Source: a virus
Lineage: Duplodnaviria > Caudoviricetes
Strand: one strand, 5' to 3'
Length of the DNA: 64,000 bases
IMG/VR virus record: IMGVR_UViG_3300030099_003199
Coordinates: 50,847 to 114,846 of that record
The notes under the pieces: model-generated
The model's database searches: none
Seen by the model: the letters and a program-made list of their open reading frames with translations, nothing else
What the model was told of the DNA's origin: nothing
Made by a program: the position numbers and the translations under genes
In this document: positions 37,001 through 46,400 of the stretch, in pieces
Numbering within the stretch: position 1 is the stretch's first letter
Layout of the letters: the number at the start of each line of letters is the position of its first letter

Positions 37001-40000
37001 TTATGAGTATGTATTAAAAATTGACCAGCAATCATTTGACCATTGATCATGTTGTTTTGAAGATTATCAACTGATAAACTTATAACATCAGTATTTATGT
37101 TGTCACGAACCCAATCAGTAAAAGTATTAATGTCTTCAATGTCATAGCCATCAAAATTTTCTGTAATTTTAAAAGCTTTACCTTCTGCATCTTCTTGTAT
37201 TCTTTTTAATGTAACATAACCTGAATGTAAAGGATTGTTAGGATTTGTTTCAATATCCTTCATTTCAGCATTTACAATATCAATAATATCTGAATCATTT
37301 AATTCAGGCTGACTTGTTTTTATTTGTTGATACCTTGATTCATAATATCTATTAATAAATGTTTTTAAATCTTCTTCAGCTTTAAAACTAATTCCTTGAT
37401 AGTTTTGATCTAAAAGAACTTCTGCATTACTTATATCAGTAGTATTTTCACTTTGTACCTGTATTGATAAACCAGCTATCATTTCTGCAGGTGTATTATC
37501 TAAAATAGATTGTTCAAAGTCTGTTAAGTCTTTGCCTTCTTGTGATTTTCTTACAATTTCTAAAAGATAAGCTGGGTCAACATTTTCATAATCATTTAAT
37601 ATTATATCTTCTTTTTCTTCAGCAGTTGGTTCTACTACAGGTGTAGAATCATCTATTGTTTCAGTTGACTCAGGTATATTAGTATTAAAAGCATTTCTTA
37701 ATAGTTGATCAATACTAATAACATTTGGATTTACTCTTAGTTGTAATTTAAAATTATTTTTTATTTCTGGAGTAAACTGAGTTTCTAATGTACCAAAGAT
37801 AGCAATATCTGTTTCACCTTTTTGTATAGATGTTTTAATAGAATCTAGTTTAAATCCTTTTGGATATACAGGTTGTATAAAAGCATTTAATTTATTTATT
37901 ACTTCTTGAACATCTTTAAATGCCATTAACTCTTCATTAGAGATAAAACCTTGCGCTGTTCTTTTCTTACTATTTTTAGTTTCATTCATGTTAGTATATT
38001 TAACACGTAATGATCCATCATTAGCAAGAGTTAATTCAACATATATGCCTGGTTCAGCAGCTAAATATATTTCATTTTGTATTTTTTCATTTATAGCTTT
38101 AGCTGCAGTTTTACTTTTAACTGTGCCATCTGCGTTTACATTATTATCTAAAAGATCAGAAGCTTTTTCTTGAATCTCTGTTAATAATGCATTAAAGTTT
38201 TCTGGACTATATACTGGAGCTGTTAAACCTACAAAAGCACTTTTACCATTAGGAAGTTTTACATAAGCAATATACTTACCCATTCTGTTAAGAACATCAT
38301 AATTCTCTTCCATAGCATCAACTTCAGCCATCATAGCATTAAAGAATTTTGATGACTGATCAATGTTAGTAACAGGCACACCTTGAACTTTCATTTTTTC
38401 TTTCTTGTTCTTAGGTCTAGTGTACCTTCTACTATAATCCATTATAAAGAAAGGCTTTTCACCATCTACAGTAACTGAAGTATCATCTCCAACAAACATT
38501 GTATCAAGAGAATCAAATGTAATCAAAGGATTTGATTTACTTCTAGTTAATGATCCTTCAGAAAGTGTTACCATTAATTCAGGAAAATCACTCAAGCTAA
38601 CTTCTACTAAACTTTGAGTAGCTAATAAAGGTTTAAATATATCATAAATTTTGTAAGCTTCTGCATAACTTAATTGAACATAATTAAGAGCATCAGCAGT
38701 TGACATATTTTTTGGAATATCAAAATACTCAGCTAAATTATTTTCAGTTAATTGAAAAGGAGACATAGGATTACCTTGAGCATCAGCTAAAAGTAAAGTT
38801 TCAGGTCCTTGAAAATAACCATAACTACCATTGGCATCATATATTTCTACAGATAATAGTTGAGCATTCTTTTTTATTTTTGGATTTTCATTTTGAGTAC
38901 CAAATTGAAAAGCTTCTTTATCTTCAAATGGTATATCTATGTTTGATTGATTAGGTCCTAAAGATATACGTAACTTTAAACCACCTATTACATCTGAAGT
39001 AAGATTTCTAAAAAGATCTTGTTGTTTACTTACACCAGCTTCTATTTGTTCTGTTCTGTTAGTAATTGATCTATCATAAGTTGGATTAACTTTAGTTGCT
39101 TCTTCTATTTTTAATTTAGAAGTATTTTTTACATAGTTAACATCTTTGTTTGATGCTATTTCATAATCATTTGCTTGTTCAACAGTTAAGTATATGTTGT
39201 TATTACTATCTTTACTAGATTGTTTTGATAACTCTCTGATATATAAGTTACCTTTGTTAGCAACCATAGTATCAGTAGATTTTACTACATATAAAATATT
39301 ATCTTTAATTAATAATGTACCTTTAGCTAATTTTGGATTATCTATACCATCAAACTTTCCATAAGTAAATTCATTTGGTTTTTTCTTCTTCTTTTCATTA
39401 ACTTTTTTCTTTTTTGTTTCAACAGCTTCTTTCTTTGTAAGAAATGCTTCATTATCTATACGGTTACCTTTTTCATCAGTATGATAATATATTTTTACTT
39501 TTTTACCTGTTTCTTTATCAATTACATTTTCATTTGCAACTTTAATAGTTGAGCTTTTAGTTTCTGGTAATAAACTATAAAGAGATACATTTCTAAATGT
39601 AAGAATATCTTGAATTTTTTCATTATCAGCTTGAGTACCTAACCATGTATAAAAAGAACCTAGTTTTGGATTTTTAAGAAGTAATGGAGAATATACTTGT
39701 TGATATATATCTTCAATAGCAGCAGCTTGTAATCTATCTGGTTTAGATAATTTACTTTTAACCCAATCAGAAAACTCTAAATATTTTTTATTATTTGCTG
39801 ATTGTGTTTCTACATATTTAATCCATTTACCTTTTAAATATAAATCACCTTGATTGCTTGGTATTTCTACATCAACTCCTTCTATATCTTCAGTATCTTC
39901 TTGAAGAAAGTTTTCTTCATAGTCAATATTATCTTCTATATCAGCACTATCTTCAGATTGAGCTGTTTCTTGTGGTGTTTCTTTTTTAGTTAAATTTTCT

Positions 40001-43000
40001 TGAGCAGATATAACATAATTAGCTTTTTCCCATTGTGCTGATTCTTCTGTTAATAAACCTTCCTCTGTATAATACGTTTGAGGAATAGGACCATTGTTTT
40101 CTAAATATTGAATTAATTCAGCATGATCAGGATAAACACCCATACCAGATAATTCATTTAACCAAATATTAGTTTTAGTTACATCAAGGTATTTTCTTAA
40201 TCTTGCTTCAACTTTGTTTTTATTATCAAGAAACATTCTTTTAAATCTTGGCTCAATTCTTTCTGCAAGTTTGTCAAGATTTTCTGGAGCTAAAATTGTT
40301 CTTACTGCTCTACTTAAAATTTGTTGTCTTTGTGTAAGACTTTTAGAATCTAAAATTGCATCTACATATTGATCAATTTTATCTGATTGTATTGATTCAC
40401 CTAATTGTTCAGCAAGAACATTTAAATATTCTTCAAGTACAGTTTTAAATTTATCACGGTTAGCTATATCAAACTCACCAAGTGAATTCATTAAATTAGA
40501 ATTAGAAAATGCATTAACAAGAACTTCTTTTATTTCTTGAGATTTATCTCTAACTCCTGTGCTTAGAATATCTTCTCTTAATTTATCAATTAATTGTAAT
40601 CTATTGTCACGTGATGCTTTTTCTTTTGCACGTTCAGTTAAGTCTTCTATTTTTTCTAATTCAGCATCTGAAAAAACTTCTCTTTCTTTTACATTGGCTG
40701 GATCAGTTAATACATTAAATATATTTTGTAATGCAATTAATTTTTTTGTTTTTTGTTCTAATGCAATTTGCTCATCTGCATTTAACTCAGGTTTTGCAGT
40801 AGTTTCTTTTATAGTGGTTTCACCTGTTTTTTCATCTACAACTTCTTCAGTAGTTGTTGTTTCTGCAGTAGCTAATTCTATTTCATCTTTTAATAAATTA
40901 ATTTCAGATATTAATGCTTGTAAATCAGTAAGCACATCAATATCATTAGCTGCCATTTTTTTAATAATAGGATCTGTACTTAGTTCAGAATACATTGATG
41001 CAATTCTAACTGTAGCATTTTCAAACTGTGATCTGGCAAACATTGCCATTTTTTTAGCATGATCAAAAGCTGAATACTTAATTGCTTCTTCATTATAATC
41101 TCTTGTACCTTTTTTAAATGTTGATGGGTCAAAAGGATTAATAATTTCTTCATTAAGCTTGTCATATGCTTTACGCATATCATCAGCTTTAGTAATCATA
41201 TCTTGAATTCTTTCTCTTGTTTTACCTGATTTTATATCTTCTGTTGTTTGATCAGGCATAGCTTCAGCTAACATAGCATCATCTAACTTAAGCATATCTT
41301 CAAATAATGATGCAAAATCACTAAGTTTACCTAATTCAGCAGCAGTGTATAAATGATTAAATACTAAAGCAGCTTTCTTATCCATAAATGATCTTATGTC
41401 TCCATCAAATGTAGAATCAAACATATCTTGGCTTGCTTCTTTTTGAAACATTGCATTCATTTTGTTTGCATCAAAATACATCATAGGATCTGCATACATT
41501 TTGTTTAATGTATTTACAGCTTCTTTTATATAGGTTTCTTCATTTTCTTTTTGTTTTGCAAAATCTTCAGGAGATGAAAATTTATTATACAAATTAGGTA
41601 ATCCGTTAAATACTAATTTTTGTGGTCCTTGAACTAAACCACCCATTAAAAATCCAGACATAAATACTTCAAACCCTTGACCACTCATTTGTGAACTTAA
41701 ACCTGAATATATAGATGCCATTTGTGCATCAAGACCGCCCATTGCTGGATCATTGTAAAGATTTTTATAATAATCTTCTGCACCTACAGCAATAGCTTCT
41801 TGAGTTATTTCTTGAAAACCTTCAGCCAGATTAGCTGAAGAATATCTTAATAAGCTAGCACCTGCTTGAGATAGATTACCGTATATACCTCTTTCAAAAA
41901 TTCTTTTAAATCTATTTTTGCTTAGTAATTTAAATGGTTCTTTTACAGCCCCTTCTGTTGTTTCTTTTGCAAGTCTTTTAGCAGACTTTCTCATTATTCT
42001 ATTACCTAATGAACCAGCTGTTTTACCTAAAATGCTTGATACTCCTCTAAATCCTCTAAGAGCAGTACCTAATACAAATTGATTAGAAAAGAAAATAATA
42101 GGAAAGTTCCATGCTAATGTAGTAAATGCGGATTCAGCAGCTTTTTCATTTATTTTTTCTAATGCTTTACCAGTAGGTCTTTCTCCATATTTAGCTACAT
42201 ATTCATGATATAGATCATTATATAATTTATTTTGTACAAGACCTCCTTCTAATTTACTTTCTGCTATAGCTAAGTTAACTGATCTTGCATCTCTGTAAAA
42301 ACCACCTGCTGTCTTAGCAGTTTTAGCCATTAATGATAAAGCCTTTGCACCTTCACGTGCAGTTGAAATTTCTTTTATAGCTCTATATGTTTGAGGTGTA
42401 AATATATTTAAAGCCCATCTACCACCAGATCTCCAATAATCTCTTGCTGTATTAGCATCTTTTAATTTATCAAGTAACTTAGCTGTATTAGCAGTATTTT
42501 TTCCTACATCTAAAGCTCTATCTACTGTTTTACCTAATCTAACTATATTATAAGCAGTTCTAGAAGCAACAATAGGAGTAGCACCTCCAAGTGTTACAGC
42601 TTCAAGACCAGCAAGTGCAAGTTCTTCTACAGCAATATTTGCAAGAATACCAAAAGTATATCCTGAATTAAGCATAAGATTATTTGTAAATGCACCTACA
42701 CCACTCTTAGAAGAGTTAGCAATTCTCATAGCATCTTCAAATACTTCAGCTCCATCACGATCCCCTGTTAAATAATTACCAGCAAATGCATCACCTATAG
42801 CATCATAGGTACTCATAAACCCAGTACTAAATATTCTACCCCACTGTCCTCTCATTCTAGCATTTTCATCCCACCATGTAGAATTTGCATTATATACAGT
42901 TTCATTATCTACATATGGATGAAAACCTATCTTATTAAATAAATGTTTAAAACCAGGAGCATTATATCTATCATAGTTTGTTGCTTTTTTATCAAACTTT

Positions 43001-43452
43001 AATGGTTGTAAAGAAACAGGATCAGCAACAGAAGGTGTTGTAACATCATCAAAATTTAATATAGTATTTGCTAAACTATCATCTTGCGGTTTATCTAATT
43101 TAAATAATGCTGAGTTTGGATCCATATTATATGGATAATCCATAACAACAGGATTATAATTTAATGTATTTGCTAATACTTCTGCATTTTTAATAACAGT
43201 AGGATCAATACTTGTACGAATAGGTTCTCCTGAATTTGGTATAAATAATTCATTTCTAATAGCATTAAAATCTACATCTACAGCAGGTATATCTGTTGGA
43301 GTAAATTTACCTGTTGGAGTTTTTATTGAAAAATTAGGACTTTCAATTATACCCTCATTAACATCTTCAGTACTAACTGTTTTTGGTTCAGTTGGTTGAT
43401 TATTTACTTGAGGATTAAAGTTTATGTTTAGATTTGAAATATCTTCAGCCAT
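28015..43452 (-). CDS. Giant virion-associated DNA-dependent RNA polymerase polyprotein (crAss-like)
   Basis: 5145 aa; catalytic SGADFDIDK (31786-31800), GIRIPSQ..HS, RGDGQ, YLKMS, AMTDNAKER; zincin HEAFH (36934-36948) with EEFMADEF; N-terminal hydrophobic Gly/Ala-rich helices; NADAR-like insert near the C-terminus. Confidence 0.9.
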   Translation of the reverse strand: MAEDISNLNINFNPQVNNQPTEPKTVSTEDVNEGIIESPNFSIKTPTGKFTPTDIPAVDVDFNAIRNELFIPNSGEPIRTSIDPTVIKNAEVLANTLNYNPVVMDYPYNMDPNSALFKLDKPQDDSLANTILNFDDVTTPSVADPVSLQPLKFDKKATNYDRYNAPGFKHLFNKIGFHPYVDNETVYNANSTWWDENARMRGQWGRIFSTGFMSTYDAIGDAFAGNYLTGDRDGAEVFEDAMRIANSSKSGVGAFTNNLMLNSGYTFGILANIAVEELALAGLEAVTLGGATPIVASRTAYNIVRLGKTVDRALDVGKNTANTAKLLDKLKDANTARDYWRSGGRWALNIFTPQTYRAIKEISTAREGAKALSLMAKTAKTAGGFYRDARSVNLAIAESKLEGGLVQNKLYNDLYHEYVAKYGERPTGKALEKINEKAAESAFTTLAWNFPIIFFSNQFVLGTALRGFRGVSSILGKTAGSLGNRIMRKSAKRLAKETTEGAVKEPFKLLSKNRFKRIFERGIYGNLSQAGASLLRYSSANLAEGFQEITQEAIAVGAEDYYKNLYNDPAMGGLDAQMASIYSGLSSQMSGQGFEVFMSGFLMGGLVQGPQKLVFNGLPNLYNKFSSPEDFAKQKENEETYIKEAVNTLNKMYADPMMYFDANKMNAMFQKEASQDMFDSTFDGDIRSFMDKKAALVFNHLYTAAELGKLSDFASLFEDMLKLDDAMLAEAMPDQTTEDIKSGKTRERIQDMITKADDMRKAYDKLNEEIINPFDPSTFKKGTRDYNEEAIKYSAFDHAKKMAMFARSQFENATVRIASMYSELSTDPIIKKMAANDIDVLTDLQALISEINLLKDEIELATAETTTTEEVVDEKTGETTIKETTAKPELNADEQIALEQKTKKLIALQNIFNVLTDPANVKEREVFSDAELEKIEDLTERAKEKASRDNRLQLIDKLREDILSTGVRDKSQEIKEVLVNAFSNSNLMNSLGEFDIANRDKFKTVLEEYLNVLAEQLGESIQSDKIDQYVDAILDSKSLTQRQQILSRAVRTILAPENLDKLAERIEPRFKRMFLDNKNKVEARLRKYLDVTKTNIWLNELSGMGVYPDHAELIQYLENNGPIPQTYYTEEGLLTEESAQWEKANYVISAQENLTKKETPQETAQSEDSADIEDNIDYEENFLQEDTEDIEGVDVEIPSNQGDLYLKGKWIKYVETQSANNKKYLEFSDWVKSKLSKPDRLQAAAIEDIYQQVYSPLLLKNPKLGSFYTWLGTQADNEKIQDILTFRNVSLYSLLPETKSSTIKVANENVIDKETGKKVKIYYHTDEKGNRIDNEAFLTKKEAVETKKKKVNEKKKKKPNEFTYGKFDGIDNPKLAKGTLLIKDNILYVVKSTDTMVANKGNLYIRELSKQSSKDSNNNIYLTVEQANDYEIASNKDVNYVKNTSKLKIEEATKVNPTYDRSITNRTEQIEAGVSKQQDLFRNLTSDVIGGLKLRISLGPNQSNIDIPFEDKEAFQFGTQNENPKIKKNAQLLSVEIYDANGSYGYFQGPETLLLADAQGNPMSPFQLTENNLAEYFDIPKNMSTADALNYVQLSYAEAYKIYDIFKPLLATQSLVEVSLSDFPELMVTLSEGSLTRSKSNPLITFDSLDTMFVGDDTSVTVDGEKPFFIMDYSRRYTRPKNKKEKMKVQGVPVTNIDQSSKFFNAMMAEVDAMEENYDVLNRMGKYIAYVKLPNGKSAFVGLTAPVYSPENFNALLTEIQEKASDLLDNNVNADGTVKSKTAAKAINEKIQNEIYLAAEPGIYVELTLANDGSLRVKYTNMNETKNSKKRTAQGFISNEELMAFKDVQEVINKLNAFIQPVYPKGFKLDSIKTSIQKGETDIAIFGTLETQFTPEIKNNFKLQLRVNPNVISIDQLLRNAFNTNIPESTETIDDSTPVVEPTAEEKEDIILNDYENVDPAYLLEIVRKSQEGKDLTDFEQSILDNTPAEMIAGLSIQVQSENTTDISNAEVLLDQNYQGISFKAEEDLKTFINRYYESRYQQIKTSQPELNDSDIIDIVNAEMKDIETNPNNPLHSGYVTLKRIQEDAEGKAFKITENFDGYDIEDINTFTDWVRDNINTDVISLSVDNLQNNMINGQMIAGQFLIHTHNLGLSGEISVGTNNPFKYHEAFHAVFRMFLTEAEIKRYLKSAKKDVLAKLRREGKSLTDELALFRKSHGVYAKLSRKELEERYLEEFMADEFEAFKMKQKTNASSETKSLFQKILDFIKELLGFPTYKLNRLYRDINNGKYKRAGVQENRFTTAASSTPSVAYKSLTLGTKKIKTVTNTGEQFKTITNFMPSDDQHIITSSAANLFIMRKNNAKGNVNTAEMLDGVLNDIIENYNPERQFYKDKGFMWYKDNMLKLQNYYNSLKLQKDDLKELVRLRLDEVSNSILLNQEELEQEEADLGDITVDQWDKTSEMIGGFESAPRLIRELFATVSIDNQDMFGNKIIGENKNEPIRVGVNYSKVYDSILKAVANEPSAKKRMKKLWVWSQGSNVETRAVVIEMFKQLGLLEAAQDGTLFDPAQPFPSLESKTGIRSTLYNMINNQFENYTVPYLIQLVDKNTGVVQIFEANKADDAHNTLVQWAENFNRKYSEIRIVGSKENKAARNAINRLSGFLNMPSIPEKMDIINESIAISDLIFNTTGMKFDSNYILFSLYSRLIDLNIEIPESQKLLFDMNQFADPISAEELSEIVQALNSGENLFLDNQELDSEDVDEATDDTQQYYEGGVKGRLRKISLNNAYFDETVGASTFINEEGNRIYGHQRPTFHLVELARMTTEENYVENRIAEDPFLEDNFLLTDEKFKSMQEKGQIKVMRMSGQKVGVANLTAEGIVKENKGYNKANRQGTKYGSFTPQQFIVTLVNNYTAGYNRVNPDKSLKGSYIDPVTKETVEFAISPNLIRVIEASNTGDFAMLPIHKMIEFDADGTVNLTDQAYKAFENIIKRDVKAIQKELDPETETQDDIIGGNTNSKGQRTNSGRLFELSHNGKKLLSPLKTRIRNVKTYKNPGIGQDAQNSIRSGKQTVHLLDIDKTDKVGLTEGTEGLIDLTVVESQPTSLLMKNEGLINIENLSSDQVEKLIEDLGPYVTKEKQNKKQHAFTLFKGTDAEQVYYTYGFEVAEFFRGKVSLVKINFTDPVSEKSDVKIQTDKTGQETIDILEVDSTPAEIFEQLINDGASFAEAFKAIDGKKIIENRLFNEANEFVALLGDFKAIGKISPDIRKGLGVIEDSGSGTIINDIDIELTGEMMELYNLKVDDLRYNLTQIFLNDYINTISINDALLGDQRLSLKNAIDAIKRAKMQNAAGSNVYSDIIDPALGIEQTTEDIDMLLYKDSLYEKEFENIRSEDKQLDSDPGERGDGQMLITQKANRHFLYGLGELTPQVAAVLDKIEAGKEVEINEEFFGTLTAESYKQMNAIMNSQKLVYGDGKVYLKMSAFVLTPLLTSRMDENGNFTIPIPGREKLHNLRVKLEKWEQDNNAIAIAVPASASKMMKSNMLGNTETFNNSSISEDNITKLNARYMRKQMVVPSNKVEIVDPRQIKNLITSEQDLNSKVIWDGVEFSVGDIINLYHQAQNNKLAVNWFAKRNLVFNFDEILNDFLNPQTAQKININLNAFLKFAIAGLTSSQAKSDMLSYFEMNEDGTGEPKFNLNNQLTRKKFQQLFFTFLGKGTISARQPGISAALVSDDGMLFPKRVKRVDENGVPLEWEVIRQAKWEQLEAQGAAAKLSNIGSLSGLPEGLQVGDYFFDRLRSDVMMYNEDGSESGVVYTESVMPPHFKSILENLPADAAIPDVLAMAYGIRIPSQDKHSAVNIKFVDFLPVYYGSSAMFARELVELSGADFDIDKIYMQIKSFFVDKGKFVEFGKAKTEKEKYNHYLTWALNQAKQKGTPIRESIDIYLTSNPDLEFNLNEWSNMTPEEINILNESEIIARIGMENIGLPVSEEQYNAYKEKYKGREPYSDANDNKILDYKFILQGNPGMIKPRNGRELGVAQEPANLKPLTDANAAEVLGAENAGVWDYIKANLPQLAEIVSEEDIDIDNLRGKLLVFKANKEGAKNIGSSVSPNLVINIAKEFGVSVRTLKDKNGRDIIPALTIDGIQYRDFVDYTIDPETGKQDNQGYRTQYVISALITAMTDNAKERLADKLGLNKTALAMVTMMTGMGVDIKTSILLMNQPVIRDNFFKAINKEDPTDPGIRKLLERKAISIIEFMKNNNIKIPKVAITRTLLEEKANNPYELYDISTLDVEDVTEDVRFGLAEELLTIKEFLIVYDQQEMLRNVTTLLNLQKTFGEDLIDADRIQEAAESLGFLMSDKEWAGSAKNPNTIPFDFRPVFMSKYNVKPSLHVNYYTIFRESYDYLFPKLFLESSKDFKYLKDLMMSNMVNMREQKDQEILVNNITTFLNTLAYINSFENVSENEQEGSGKQTTQDSLNNALIYNGDHYGNPINQNLHITEVFNRLIANKKSYNYFLDDFLHLRTALNEDNYTGIDKIVANNFTKLSDSDIQNIQNSFLDLYSDPNTHIDSVSLIHYLLVKDGFNKNNRGTFIDLIPAELKKQILNSIDAVQTLFNSNKQTDAAFNRVFGLTKQELSNYLVFNYLQSTSAQYHVKNVDEKTGKNSPVVEIKTEEIIEPEIRPNVITILEYEPKGSTIVDNDSESSALSMTAPKAFMYKGKKYFSVDHAYQVNKTGKFNKAADKDYRKKASEGKIGGYTRETKGRENLSLLTLLVKYAFQSELNKNIGGNSLASYGDILTDATDFTTVDMKDDLSAAYIRGLKQAQSQIVIVKNNKGENIYKNKTNIQIDKRKQIDASSEPFVIDLDKGIATIAMYAGLPTFFNNKVKTPRGQFSQNQNSDDVKVILRENLNKLRQKGITSEYVNIRYGNKPNQFIKKTQLYLPLVMRKTLSDGRTVLLVLNKYQQDGKYQSTSDLNQLLDEGQTQVVGNYAEYTIIEEGPQGSKDQNPTGFLFGNRPSEQQINKFEEDKRDAFAIDMEGAELLDDIDVEEPVDDVEDIDYGDPEDVDIETDDDVNPADVLMAIQSTQDDIINELELSNDALVESFYDSLTSEEQQKLGSKDEIMKAYLSYPKDPNEYIENLKKCYLK

Positions 43453-43454
43453 CT

Positions 43455-46400
43455 TTATTCTTCATTTTCAGATTCATCAGCAGAACCTTGAGTTAGTTTA
43501 TGATTTTTTTGTGCTTGTAAATTTTCTGTTGCAAACATTTGTAATTGTTCTTGTAGTTGATTATATACTTTATCAATACCTTGGTCAGAATATGGAACAC
43601 CTGTAGTATTATCAATCATAGGTGTTGTAACAAAATCATCTAATACCATATTACCTGTGTTTACATCATATCTATATCTTGCCGTTTTAGCATATACAAT
43701 ACCTTGATTCATTTCAAAATTTACTTGACCACCATTAGGAACTAATAATGAAGCTGTGCCTTGATTTGTTGGATCAAGAATTAAAGTTTTTACATATGAT
43801 CTATATTGTGCTTCTGGATCAAAGTCTACATTAGTAAATAAATCTTTATTAAGAAAAACTGTAATAGTTTGATCTTTAATTTTTGAAAAACCATCTCCAA
43901 AATTAACATCTATATTACTAGCAATTTTTTTTGCATAATCAGGATCTAGTATAAATTTATACATTGCATACTGTCCGCCTGCTTCTTCACCACCACCAAC
44001 AGAACTATATTCTATTCTATAACCAGGTGTACCGCTTTGTTCAGCTCCACCACCTGGTTTATAATTTCTATCAGCTCTAATGGCCTCTAAAACAAGTTCT
44101 GCAGTTCTTCTATCATTTTCACTAAACTCCATACTAAATTTTGCACCAGCATCTCCTTCAGTCATAAATACCTGATTATCTGGCATGTTATCAATAGCAC
44201 CAAAAAATCTATCTAATTCTTTGTTTACTATTCTATCTTTAGTACCTGCATCATATCTAAAAGGAATAACAGGAGCTATAGCTATATCACCTTCAGTTGG
44301 ATTACCATAATAAAATGAATTAAAATCAAATGTAGTTTCAAAAGGAATAGCAGTTTCACTATCCATCACCTTTGACATTTCATCTTTCATTATATTAATT
44401 ACTTTTTGAAACTCTGGTGCTAATTTTATAGGTTCATCTGCATTATCTGGTTGACCATAAAATTGCATTAACAATCCTCCTGGGTTTCTTATACCTAATG
44501 CATCAGCTACAGGTTCAAGCAAACCAGCATAATATCCTTGCATAATACCTTGTATATTAGCAGCATTACCACCTGAAAATTTTACTAACATATCAGTAGT
44601 AGCAGGAGAACGTGGATCTTGCTCTTTAGTTATCCAATTTCTATTTTTTTCATCATAAAACTGATCAGTAAGTTCTTGAACAGAAGGAAGTTCTAAAGGT
44701 AAAACTTCTCTTAATTGATTAGCTAAATTTGTAACACTTGCATTATCTACAGTTGAATTAGTACCTATTAAATATTCTTTAGCTATACCAGTATATACAC
44801 CATCAAATATTTCAGTATCTGTTTTAAAGTAACCATCTTTATCAAAAAAATCAATTTCTAAATCTTGTAAATTAAGATCTAATAAGCCAACTGGTATTCT
44901 ACTTAAATCTAAACTTTCAATAACATTTTTATATACTCTAGCCTGTAAATCTTTAACTTGACCTAATTTTTTAGTTCTCATATCAACATCACCAATCATC
45001 TCACCTATAGTGTTTCTTAAACCTTCATTGACACCTTTTTTATATGAAGCTGCCATATCTGGATCTTTTGTTATTTGAACAACTCTGTTATAATGATATT
45101 CTAATAAATCAGGATTATCAAGTAATACTTGTCCTGCATCTTCCCATCTATAAAATTGTAATTTATTAGCATTTAAATTAGGAATAAATATACCTGATGT
45201 TTTTATTTCTCCAGTAGTTCTATTAGTAGGCGTAACAGTATAGTTAGCCATATTATCTAAATTTGTTTCAGTATTTAAATCATCAGCCATAGCCATATAG
45301 AATGCAGTAATAGTTTGAATCATTCTTCTATTAATATCTCTATGAGCTTTTAATTCACCGTTTGCATTTGCTTCAGTTCTACTACCAAAATCAACAATAT
45401 TTTCTCTTGCATCTCCACCAATAGGAGTAGGAATAACAGTAGCAGCATCTTGTTCTGCTAATGCTTTTTGAATTTCATCATTAAGTTTCCATGATCTTTT
45501 AAGTCTTGCAAGATTTTCATTATTTCTTGCTCTAAGTTTTTCAATATATATTTTACTTTCTTCAAATGAATGTTGTGATGTAAGATCAGCATAGTCTCTA
45601 GCTGCTGTAAAAATATCTTTACCTAATCTATTTGAAATAAATGCTGCATAACCACTATTCATATATGCATCTAAATCTTCTACATCAGGATTATTTAAAA
45701 TATTTTTTCTTTTTTGTTCTAGTTTATCAATACCTTTTTGAATTGTTTGACCTTTTGTCATTGCAATAAACCACTTTTGATATTCTTCTGAATCTTTAAT
45801 AAGTGGTGCTTCTTTTACATATGCATCCCAACTTGCAAGTTCTTGATTAGTTTTATTTAACTCTGTATTTTCTTTATCAAGTATTTCTTGAGTTTCTTGT
45901 TCAAATTGTCCTAATTGTGTTTCTACCCATTGTCTTTTAAGTTGATCAACAGGTATACCTGATTTTTTTGCTTCTTCTTCATAAAACTTTCTTGCATCAT
46001 TGTAAGCCATTATTTGATAACCTTGAACTACAGTAGGATCATCAGTTATAGTTTGATTTATAAGATTAGCAGCAGGATTGTATGTTTCTTCAATCATTTT
46101 AGGATTAGAAGCAGATTCTTTTTTATTAGGATCAAAATTGGGATTTTCTATTGTTCTTCCTGTAGGTTTACTTAATAATGCTATACCATTTTCTTGTGTT
46201 ACAATAAACTGACCTGTTTGATCAACATATGTTTCAATTGATTTAAAACCTTTTCCATCAGGACCCCCTGTATTTAAAACTTCCATAGCTTTTTCATACA
46301 AATTAGGATTTTCATAATACTCAGGTAAAGGTACAGACATTGATTCTGATCTAGATTTATTTTGAAAATCATCCATCATATAATTCATATACTGTACACC

